A stretch of DNA of 64,000 nt, taken from assembly GCA_035084275.1 (NCBI GenBank), contig CM068748.1:12772001-12836000 (forward strand), written 5' to 3'. The position numbers were made by a program, and so were the translations under genes. The stretch comes from Hydrolagus colliei (Eukaryota). The notes below the pieces were generated by a model. The model did not search any database, was not told where the DNA came from, and saw only the letters and a list, made by a program, of their open reading frames with translations. This document shows, one piece after another, positions 13,613 through 24,090 of this stretch; the first letter of the stretch is position 1; the number at the start of each line of letters is the position of its first letter.

Positions 13613-15129
13613 TCATCTCAAAGTGCTTCAGGATATATTGTAAAGTGGAGAGGCTATGATTTTTGTAGCTCGACAATTCACCCAGTTTAAAAATACATAG
13701 ATTGTTTAAACAATTGATTTTAAAAAGAAATCCATTAATACTCAAGGCACTGCTCTGTTAAAAAGCTCAGGTGTGCACTTGAGTGAAGAGCATCTTGTGT
13801 TAATCAAATTTAATTTGAGCGATTCTGGTGGGCTCTGTCAATACAAAAAATAAAGGCAATTAGCAGTCTCAAGGGAGATCTAGAATTGTTAGCCCTCCAT
13901 ATTGCCTTGCCCTTTTTTGAGATATTGGGAAGAAAATTCAAGAAATCTCCAGTGCCATACATTAACATGTTCAAATCTTTATGCAAAGAGTTAGTCTGAA
14001 AAATATGAAACCAATGGCAACTCCTGTCCCTCCCCAATCACCTATTATATGTTCCTGGAAGTCCCTCTTTGACTGCACATTTGCTCATCTTTCCTCTCCC
14101 CACACACTCAGCTTCCAACTCCAGTTTTAGGTCATCCTTCCATCGTGAAAGGAGCGATATAAATGTGAATTGTATTGTAACATGATATTTGTAAGTCGGG
14201 GCTTAGGTATAGTTATCAAATATTAATTTGCAAAGTTTCCTTCCTAATCCTTCTATCACAAAGAGACAGGTCCATCAGTCCAGAGGTCAGATACAATACT
14301 TGTGAACTGCCATGCAATCTTAGTCCATTCCCCAATCCTTAACTGATTGACTTAACTACCATGAGGCTTGTGAACAAACTTTCTGGGAAAGGCTGCTATA
14401 ATTCTCCCTATAGCTTGAATAGTAATCATCCAAAAGTGCCACAGAATTACTTTTTTTTAAAGAAACTTGCACCATTGCTAATTCACAGGTGACTTATCTC
14501 TCTGTTTATAAGAAACTTGATTCAATTTGCTGAAGGAATGTGAGGCATATATCTACAGCAGTGCTTCATCTTTTTTTAAAAAGGCAGTCAGTGCAATTCA
14601 ACCGATGAGCATGAAATCAAAGATCCTCAATGAGGATAGCCAAAAGGTGGGCTTAGCAGAGCTGACAACTGCATGGCTTGAGCTCAAACTAAACAGATAA
14701 TACCTGAATAATCCATTGAGCAAGGTGGACACACAAAATGTTTCAGTGAATTGGACCCTTCATCAATTCCTCAGTTGGACACATACTGGAACCCATCAAA
14801 TTGTGACTCCACTAACTGGAACTGTGATACATCAATATAGTTTCTTAGCTCTCTGTATAATAATCAGACCATATATTCATATATGAATCCCAAATATGAT
14901 GTGCTCACAAACTTATATTCTGGATATCATTTTCTACCAACTGTCATCTCAGGCCTCAGAATTTCTAACTTAAATATCTGCAAATGAATTGAAAACACCT
15001 TTGCAATGTAGTTTACAATATGCCAGATATTCAATGTCATATTATAGATTGTCTGAACAACTATTGTTTAATCACAAAGGACACTGTCCCAGAAGCCACA
15101 CTGACACACATATATATATATATCACAAA

Positions 15130-15420
15130 ATACTCATACCGTCTTCACTCCAGTCCTTGCCAGGCACCTCCCTATCTCTCCAACCTGCTTACATCCCACC
15201 CGCATACTCGATACCTTTGTTCGCATGGCTCTAGTCACCTGTATGCTCCTCATCTCCTCCATTCCATCATCGGAAGCGATGCCTTCATCCAGTATGCTCC
15301 TGATATATGGAAGTCTCTGCCTTGATCCCTCTGCCTTGCCCCTCGTTAACCACTTTGATATCACACCTGAAGGCATTCCTCTTGAATTGGGCCTTCAATC
15401 ATCTACCCCCAATCCCAGGT
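15130..15420 (+). mobile_element. Decayed L2 3' fragment
   Basis: APPYLSNLLTSHPHTRYLCS..SIIGSDAFIQYAPDIWKSLP aligns to APPYLSDLLSPQLSTRCLRS..GGRTFSHYAPRLWNSLP of the 32315 ORF. Confidence 0.85.
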
Positions 15421-16087
15421 TTAGTTGCAAAGGACAATTTAAGAACAAACACCAGAAAGATCTAAGCATCCAAATGCTCTTCTTATGCCTCCAAGGTGTA
15501 GAGCATTGTGAGAGCTGCATTGTGGTTGGCCAATAAAATACATTTTCTTGATTAATTACAATTATTTTCCTTTACAGTATATCAATAAGATCTTGAAATT
15601 ATTCCAATATCGAGATTTTTGTTCTCTTCATAGAATTTCAACTGAAAAGTAATGACAGCTCTGGGTTGGTTCAGTTTTCATTTGACTGTGTCTGGTAACA
15701 TTAATGTCAAAGTACCCACTTGGCTACATAATTATCACATCTCATATGCTACTGTAAATCACAAATAACATTTACAGTCACTTGGACAATGTTGACTTCC
15801 TTTGGATGCTGTCTTTTTTTCACATCAAACAGAATACAGTATTAAAGACGAGGGAACAAAAGAAACATCAAAGTTCAAATAACTATATTGATCATAACAT
15901 TTGCTTTAGAGTTCAGGGTTAGACTTAAACCATAATAATCATCTACAGTTCTTTTGAAAATTCATTTCTCTCAATTAAGTCAATTACCTTTTAAAATATA
16001 TTGGCCTTATAATTAGTCTGTGTCAAAGTGCATTTGTTTTGCCCTGTCACCTGCAAACCTGTAGTCTCTATGTTGAGATGATGTCTA

Positions 16088-16322
16088 TGTGGAGTCCTGT
16101 AGCCTTTTGGTTGGAGCACTTGCCTCATAAATGTGAGGACCTTGCTTGGATTCCCGGAAAGGGCAAAATCTTGGGCAAGTTCCCGAACACCACACGCCTC
16201 TGTTTATCTAGCAGTAAGTAAGAACCCAATTGTTAATCAATTGGCAGATCACTTTCTGGGGGTAATAATCCCTTCAAAATAAATATTGATCACCAGCCTG
16301 CAAGGATTGTTATTGTCATTAT
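16088..16322 (+). mobile_element. tRNA-derived SINE variant (same head, different body)
   Basis: ggagtcctgtagcc..ggttggagcacttgcctcataa..ttggattcc..tcttgggcaagttcc head, then acgcctctgtttatctagcagtaagtaagaaccc, which is absent from other copies; ends gcaaggattgttattg. Confidence 0.75.
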
Positions 16323-19300
16323 TGCAGAAAATTGAATTTATTGGTCCAAGAATATTCAACAAGGATTGTATATTGAAGCAAAGAATAATCTCAAAAACAA
16401 AACCAGTGATCGCAAAAACAAAACCATTCTTGCTTTGGATGATATTTAGTTCCACAGGGAAGTGGGGGGCTGTATTAAATCCCAGATTAAGGGATTATCA
16501 TTAATTAGATGTCTGTGTCTGAAAGGACTCTGTCTGTCTTGGCCATGATACAATATCTTTTAATCTCCAGCTAGTGCTGAAATCAGTCACTCTTCAGACA
16601 GCCACAGGATTTGAAGAGGAGAGAGGCCCCTTCGATTAATGCCTGTCACACACAGTCATCAGTCCAGAAAATAAGATTACGGCTGACAAGCATTTTAGAA
16701 AAGAAAACACAAGAGAATTTAATTTGTTCAGCAAGCCTAAGATTGTTGTTCTATTTCTGTCAGACACTTCATATTTGGGAGGCTTAGTGTCTAGCATGTA
16801 TCCATTTAATTTTTCACCTATTTAAACTGAGATGAAGTTGCCTCAGTCCTCTGAGTACAACTCATGCTATACAGGCATTTCAAATATTGTACAGAAGTGC
16901 ATACTGAGCAGTGGCAAAGTGAACCAGGCTTTAGAGACAGAGACTGGAATGCAATTCAGTTATATTCTACTTATAGCTCTCATATTCTGCCCATGGAGAT
17001 TATGTTATACAAGGCAATGCTTTAGCATATTTCAACTCTATGATTTTACAGGATGCAATGACTTCCTGATGGGCAACAAAGAAAAGCCCTAAAAGTCCCT
17101 TTGAAAATGTGCCACCGCTGGATGGTGCAGCTATTCCAGGAGGGGGAGGGGTGTATTTTAAGGCCAAAATAATGATATAAGGGAAAAGCTATAAAGGTAC
17201 TTTGTCCATTTTTCTGCTGTTTGTGGTCTTTGAACATCAGTGCCTGCATAAATGGCTACCCAGAGACATTCCTGCACTGGTTCCACACTGCATTAGGATA
17301 CATGTATTTTAAAATTTAACATTGCAGAGAATTCAACAACAACAATAAAATTCTTCTAAGAACTGTACATGAATGGCTTCCACATTAAGATTGAATTGAA
17401 TAACTTGGCACAATTCCATGCACTGCAGAATCTGAAGAAGAAAACATACCACATATATTCTATGTACAATGTATCACTAGCAGGTTAACAGTCCATCCAC
17501 TCAACCTGCAAAACATCTGAAACAAATGCTTTGGAACAATTTTGAAGGAAATTTGTGACCATCCTATTCAGCTGGTGAGCTCAGAAATATTTTCCCCCTT
17601 TAGTACAAGAGGGTTTGGGCAACAGTTATGATAAAATGTACCAAACGTATTTCATTACAATGTTATGCAAAAGCAACATTTTCAAATAAAGTTGCCAGAT
17701 AAGCAATTCTGCCTACACCCACTGCTTATTTAGCCATAAGTAGGCTGCTGATCACTTTTGTGTTTATTTACACAAAATGATTTCATTTTAATGATATTTT
17801 GAGGTACTGTATTTGGTACCAAAAAAGAGTTTGATCTTAAGTCTAGTAGGTTTTTTTTCCTTTTTTTGTAGTTGCAGAAATACTTGTGTTGCATTGTGTT
17901 GATGTGTTTCATAGTCAAATGACTGCTTTTCAAGCAAAGGCCATTGAACATGTTTTGCCCATCTGCTTTCAGTGGTTTTGCAGATATTGATAGATTTTTG
18001 ATGAGATTCAAATTGTCAAACTGTCCTTCTTGTGTCATTTGTGATCCCAATTCTATCACAATGGTCCCCACAAGAAGATGCTCACTCTCCATTGCTGGAG
18101 CCTCCTTGGTTCTGAAAGAATTTTGCAAAACATTTCATCTGCTTTTTTTGCGATTGTTTACGACTTGATATTTAAATGTAAAGTACAAGAGATGTCTTCA
18201 TAAAGAAGGAATTGTGACTTTACGATCTGTTATCTTCTTTGTTTTACTCCCTAAATTTACATCTGGTCAAAGAGGTAAATTTTTTAGGTGGGATTTAAAA
18301 ATAGAAGGGAGTGAGATGGGATGTGGGGGAATAGGGGGAGAAAATGTTACACATTTCTATGCATCACCTTGTGTTTTTTTTTAAAAGAATCTCTTCACAA
18401 GGAGTTATCTTGGTTACTATTTTCCTTGCACCTACTTTAAACATTTGTGTGGCATCCCAGCTTGATGACCTGCAAAAATGATGACAACTTCAGCACACAT
18501 AGATGCGTTTTGCAAGTCCAATGGTCCCCTCAACAAGATGTTCACTCTCCATTTCTGTAGATTCTTTAGCTCTGGGAGAATCTTGAGAAATATTTCATCT
18601 GCTTTTCTTTTGCAATTATTTACTATTTGACATTGCCTTGTCAGGTAGTCAGCCAGGCCACAAGGTGGTAGAATAAAGCAAAGACCTGCTGACAAGACCT
18701 CACATTAGGGTATTTTCAGAGAGAGGGATTGAGGTGTGTTGTTGGGCAGAGCACAGGGAGCTTGTCTGGATTCATATATCTCACTTAAGAAAATTCAGCG
18801 GATGCAAAGAACACAAAAATGGAATAATGCCCAGCACAAATGGCTTTTACCTCAATTTACCCCCAAAAAAACTTTGTTTTTGAGATAAAGAAAACTAAAT
18901 ATAACAATTATTAAAGTTGCCCTCACCTCAATCTTGAAAAATAACAAGAAAACGTTTTCGCTCCCATCACTGTAAGTATATAAGGCGCAATATCAAATGC
19001 AAGGATTATTATGATTATTATAACCTTAAGTTTGGCTAAACATTCAAAATAACCTCAGTTTTTCCTGGCAGCATACAAGCATCTAGTATTAATTTGACCA
19101 TTTCCATAATAAACATTATACGTAAATACTACCCTTGCACCCTCTCCGCCCTAACATTATTTTACTCTCAAGCAATGTTGCCCCATGTTGTGCTCAGCAC
19201 AAAGAGGTGCCTGTAATAATTCGCACTGAAAGTCTGCTTAAGGAAAACAAACTCATGCTTGGGTGGAAGTTGCCCCGCCAGCCATTAATTTCAGGTTGCT

Positions 19301-19564
19301 GGTCTCCGTATTTCAAATTAAACATTCAGATCTTTTGCAAATGGTTTTTGTCACTCAAATTGAACCATGCCAGTGTCCCATGTGATTAAGGGTGCAGAAT
19401 CATATTTTCTTTTAGAACATATAACATGATGAAAATATACCACCAGGATAAATGAGGTGGTGTGTGGTGGGTGGGGGTGGGGTGGTAGATGAGTGTAAAT
19501 GGAGATGAGAGAAGGGAAGAGGGGAAGAGAGAGAGATGAGAGTAAATAACCACATGGAGGTTTG

Positions 19565-19690
19565 ACAATAATAATTGTTGTGTTTATTTAGCGCCCTTAT
19601 CACATCTTCGAGATGTCTCAAAGTGAATTGACTGTATATGTTGTGGGCAAAACCTGCAGCCAATTGGGCACAGCAATAGTGCACATTCTG
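19565..19690 (-). mobile_element. SINE 3' fragment
   Basis: aagtgaattgactgtatatgttgtgggcaaaacctgcagccaattgggcacagc is the reverse complement of the SINE body. Confidence 0.8.
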
Positions 19691-19759
19691 CTGGTTCACG
19701 CAGAGTGTAGACCTTGTAGAAGCAGGTTATAGCTAATAACTTCAACATTCAATTAGACA

Positions 19760-20150
19760 TCACTGTTTTGATTGTAGAATGTCTTGGTGCACTTCACAAA
19801 AAGAGATTTGGACTGTGAGTAAGTGAGGAGAAAGGGGCTGAGGGGGGAAGTTATGTAAATCTGGTCAAAGAGATAGATTTTTTAGGTGGGATTTAAAAAT
19901 AGAAGGGAGTGAGATGGGATGTGGGGGAATAGGGGGAGAAAATGCTAGCGTCAGGAGCCTAGTAGCTGAAGATTCGGCCACCAGTGAGACGAAGGGATGG
20001 GAGGTGGCCAGTAAGTTTGAGGAAGAATCAGGGTGAAGAAAGGGATCTGAGAGATAGGGATCTGCTATGAAATAATTTAAAGTGAAGACGAGGACCTTGA
20101 AGTCTAACTGATAGGAATCAGGAAGAACACTGTGGGGTGGGAGGGGGTGG
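19760..20150 (-). mobile_element. Decayed L2 3' fragment
   Basis: Minus-strand translation LDFKVLVFTLNY..PYLSDP..IFKSHLKNL resembles L2 IDFKILTLVFK..PYLSDL..FKSQLKTFL. Confidence 0.75.
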
Positions 20151-21041
20151 TTACACATTGGGTGTTTGTATGTAGTGAAGGTGAAGTTGTGAACAATGAG
20201 TGGAGTATTAAATCAGCTGTATTTTATGGATAGTGGAAGATAGTAGAAGGGTGTTTGACTAAAATGCTACTAACTGCACACACTCTGGTAGAATCAGTCA
20301 ACGAACCCACATTCACTCTTCCCAGTGAGTTATCAACATTGGTACAACGACCTTTTAGACCAACAAAACATTCACATAACCCTTCTCAAACATGTTTTTT
20401 TCTTATTTAAAAGGGACATCACTGATATGCTCAATTGTCTGTGAGACGCTTGCCTGCCCGCCAGGATTCATCAACGTTATTCTGGACAGGCTGTGATTAA
20501 ATGCATTGTGATTAAAAGCCACCTGGGATTGTTATAAGGTAAAATTAAAAGCTGTTTGTGGTGGAAAGCTGCTGGGAAACAGTGCAGCAGATGGGGGTGA
20601 AAATGATCCTGCAATATGACCACTGCAGAGACTCTTCCAATGCACCAGGAGCTAAAGACAACCCCTGAACTGATGACTAATCCCTCTATATGTACTGGCA
20701 GTATTCATGGTTGAATTCAACAGCATTTACATAATGCTATCGGAAATATAAAATAACTAATACAAAGTTGTTTGATCCACTCATAATTCCCATGTCTTAA
20801 GTATCAAATCTTCTGAACAAAAATCATTCATGACATGGTTTTACTATAAGCTACTGCATCATAGCGTTGTTTATCTAAAAAAAATCATAAAACCATCTGG
20901 TACCTTTGAAATAAATTTTATAGAACATAAGGGAACAAATGATTTACGAGATCCTTTCCCAGTGAAAGGATTTCACTAGGAAATCTAACCTGGTCAGATA
21001 TCCACATGAACACCACACTTAAAATTACCAGACTTGTATTT

Positions 21042-21081
21042 CACCTTAATGTTAATTAAAGCACCTTAATGTTAATTAAAG
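21042..21081. repeat. Perfect 20-bp tandem duplication
   Basis: caccttaatgttaattaaag twice. Confidence 0.95.
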
Positions 21082-21435
21082 AGAATGTGAAAAGGGATCA
21101 AAGGCAGTTTCTGGTTTTCAATTATTGAATAGAGATGAGCAAAAGGCAAAATAAACTCACTACATTCTTAATCCAACTCCATGAGATTAGCATAGAATGA
21201 GGATTCTGTGTGGCAATGGGGAAACATAACATCTGCTTGAAGTTGAATTGGCTCTGTGTAGATGTGTCTTGAGACAGTAAGAGTAATCGATGGCACTGTG
21301 GATGAGGTTGAACAGTTTAATGTCCTCAACAAGTAAGTCCTCACCCAAATATGCAGCGGATCAGATAAAATATACTATTTTTAAATGAAGAGGTGAACTC
21401 TGCTGTTTAACCCACTATTCATCAAACGCAGGAGA

Positions 21436-21708
21436 ATAACAACAACAACAAAATTACATTGATAGAGTGCCTTTCATCTCGGGAGGACATCCCAAGGCGC
21501 TAAACAGTCAGGTCGGGACCCGAGGAAGGGAGAGGGGCAGGGTAGGGGGGAATGGCGGGAGAGAGTTAGGAGGGGAGGGAAAGAGTTGGGAGGGCAGCAG
21601 AAAGCACGATCAAAGAGGGGGTTCTTGAGACCGGCCTTGAAGGAGACAAGGGAGGGAGCGAGGCGAAGAGACTGTTGGATGGAGTTCCAGATTGTGGGGG
21701 CAGAACAG
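21436..21708 (-). mobile_element. L2 3' fragment (type b)
   Basis: (aac)n tail, gtgcctttcatctcgggaggacatcccaaggcgct stem-loop, gagttccagattgtgggggc (reverse complement encodes APTIWNS). Confidence 0.9.
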
Positions 21709-21863
21709 TGTTAATTGCACAAAAACAACATTTTCGAATTCTAACATCTCAGCTACGTGGCAAGACTGCAAAATCAATATAAAATTAAGATGTTTTAAGC
21801 TTTGAATTTACAATTACAGGGAAATGGATTGACTCCATTTCAACTCATAAAGTATCCCTACAA

Positions 21864-22010
21864 TCAACAACAACAACAACAACAACAACTTTGATTTATA
21901 TAGCGCCCTCCACGCCGGACGGTGTCTCAGAGCGTTTCACAATAGCGGACCCCGGGACCGAGCCATGGGCAAGAGTAGAAAGGTGACCAAAGGCGCCGTC
22001 GAAGAGAAAG
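21864..22010 (-). mobile_element. L2 3' end (type a), young
   Basis: (aac)n tail; reverse complement translates FLFDGAFGHLSTLAHGSVPGSAIVKRSETPSGVEGAI*, matching 32903-33010. Confidence 0.93.
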
Positions 22011-23054
22011 AAACCAACAACCATTTCTCCCATGAGTCTGGACTGGATTCAAAATTGGGTCCAAAAATGACTTACTTTCATTTTTCCTTTTTAACAGTTA
22101 ATAATATCTCTCTACTTAAGTCAATTTTTCTATAGCATATTGAAAACATATATTGTAAAAAGTGGTTCAGAAATGCTGCATCAGTGAGAGTTGGGGGCAA
22201 TAATGTGTTGAACAGTAAAATGGAATTGTGTATGAAGCTGAAATCTGCATGATAAACCTGAAAATTGTTGCATTTTGTCAGTAAATACCTCCTCATTCGC
22301 CAGTTTATCAGATATTTAATTCAGACCTTTGAAAATCCAATGTCAACAACAGGCATATTTGAAATAATCCATCCTATTTAGAATATTAAAAGCAATTTGA
22401 TTTGAAACAATTTGCATTCAGTAAAGCACTTACGAAGCTAACAAAAAAGGATTAACAGTTATTTATTGTGACAAGTATTAGTGGCAATCTCACACGACTA
22501 AACTGGACACTAATTTACTGCAGAAAACTGAAATGAGATAAAACTGTTCACAGTGTCATCCGTTTCATTGATTCTAGGGTGAAACCAACTCACAGTGGAC
22601 CAACCTGCCACACTAAGGGATCATAAATAAGGAAATAGGAAAGTTACACAAATACTTTAAAAAACAGTTTTAAGTAACAGGAAATCAGGCCTCAAGCTTC
22701 AAATCCAAGGCTGACTGTGAGCTCAACAAATAGTCATGCACTTTCACCAGCTTTGCCTCTTTTCAGCCAAGGAATACTTCATATCAGGGGAGACTACAGT
22801 GGCAGGAATAAAACAACTGTCAGAAATAGGTAATCGCCTTAAAGGACTTGAACTTACACCAAGAATCTTCTGACACTGACCGTACGTATCATGATGCAAT
22901 GAGAGAAATATAAAGCACTTCCTAACAAGGCAGAGAAGCAGACTCAGATAAGAAATTGCACTGGGTTACTCAGATTCTTTTTCAAGGAGGAGATCACTCA
23001 GTAGAATAAGCAGAATGCTGGGATCAGTTCAGCCTCTTATCCTGTTAGCTGAGA

Positions 23055-23358
23055 AATAATAATAATAATAATCCTTGTACAGTATTTGATATAACGCTTT
23101 TCACAACTTCTAGACATCTCAAAGTAGTTCACAGAATACATTGTAAAGTGAATTGATTGTATTTTGTGGGTGAAATGCAGTAGCCAATTGCACACAGGAG
23201 TGTGCCCCAAACAGTTGTCGATTGAAGTGACCAATTTATTATTGGTTGTTTTGAGAGATTATTATCAAGCATATGGAGTAAGGAAATTTGCCCAAGGTTT
23301 CGCCCTGCTGGGAATCGAACCCAGCAGAGTGCTCTAACCACTGAGCTACAGGACTCCG
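23055..23358 (-). mobile_element. Near full-length tRNA-derived SINE
   Basis: Reverse complement head ggagtcctgtagctcagtggttagagc (A box) and gttcgattcc (B box), Deu-like body, (tta)n tail. Confidence 0.93.
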
Positions 23359-23411
23359 CATGGTACGTAGCCCTCAGCAGCTATTGCACAAAATAGCCCA
23401 TGTCAGTTTGG

Positions 23412-23772
23412 TTAATAATAATAATACTTGCATTTGATATAGCGCTTTCCACATCTTATCAATGTCCCAAAGCGCTTCACAGAATATACTGTAAGGTGAA
23501 TCGACTGTATATATATTTGTGGGCGAATCGCGGCAGCCAATTGCGCACAGCAATGTCCCACACACAGTCGTTGATTGAAATGACCAATTTTATTATTGTG
23601 GGGTTTTTTTTTTGAGGGATAATTATTAGGCGTGTGGAGTAAGGAAACTTGCCCAAGGTTTCGCCCTGACCTGCCTGGATTCGAACACAGGTCTCCCCAG
23701 CTTGATCTCCCCAGCTTTGTCTCCCCAGCTTGCAAGACAAATGCTCTAACCACTGAGCCACAGGAGCTCCAC
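23412..23772 (-). mobile_element. Full-length tRNA-derived SINE with an internal triplication
   Basis: Reverse complement tggctcagtgg (A box) and gttcgaatcc (B box), full body and L2-type tail; tctccccagctt occurs three times at about 23692-23731. Confidence 0.95.
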
Positions 23773-23839
23773 AAATTATGAAGCAAAATAAACATCAGCT
23801 GCAGAGAAATTTATGAGTTTCCCTTATCTCCAGTGTTGG

Positions 23840-24090
23840 AGATACCGGCCTTCACAGGAGACTTCAACCCAAAGTCTCATCTGCCTGTTCAGGTGGGTGA
23901 AAAGGATACCATTGTCACTTAAGCTATTCACCTCGTGGCTGTTTGCGGGACATTGCTGAGCACAAACTGCCTGCTACATTTGCCCACCAAAGAAAAAGTC
24001 GCTACACTTGATAATAATTACCTGCAAATTGCTTTGAGACATTTTGACACTTCATCTGCTGTATAAAATGCAAGCACTTGTTTTATTTGT
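23840..24090 (+). mobile_element. Older long Deu-domain SINE fragment
   Basis: catctgcctgttcaggtgggtgaaaaggataccattgtcac..gctgtttgcgggacattgctgagcacaaactgcctgc..gctttgagac. Confidence 0.75.

Noticed and set aside
21262-21332. Plus-strand exon candidate MCLETVRVIDGTVDEVEQFNVLN followed by gtaagt
   Set aside because: The peptide resembles the I.G..VE.V..F..LG motif of non-LTR RT C-termini, so a decayed LINE is more likely, and the acceptor is weak
23680-23772. tRNA gene
   Set aside because: A and B boxes are present but continue into a SINE body and tail, and there is no complete cloverleaf; the same applies at 23310-23358, 44174-44230 and 54674-54740
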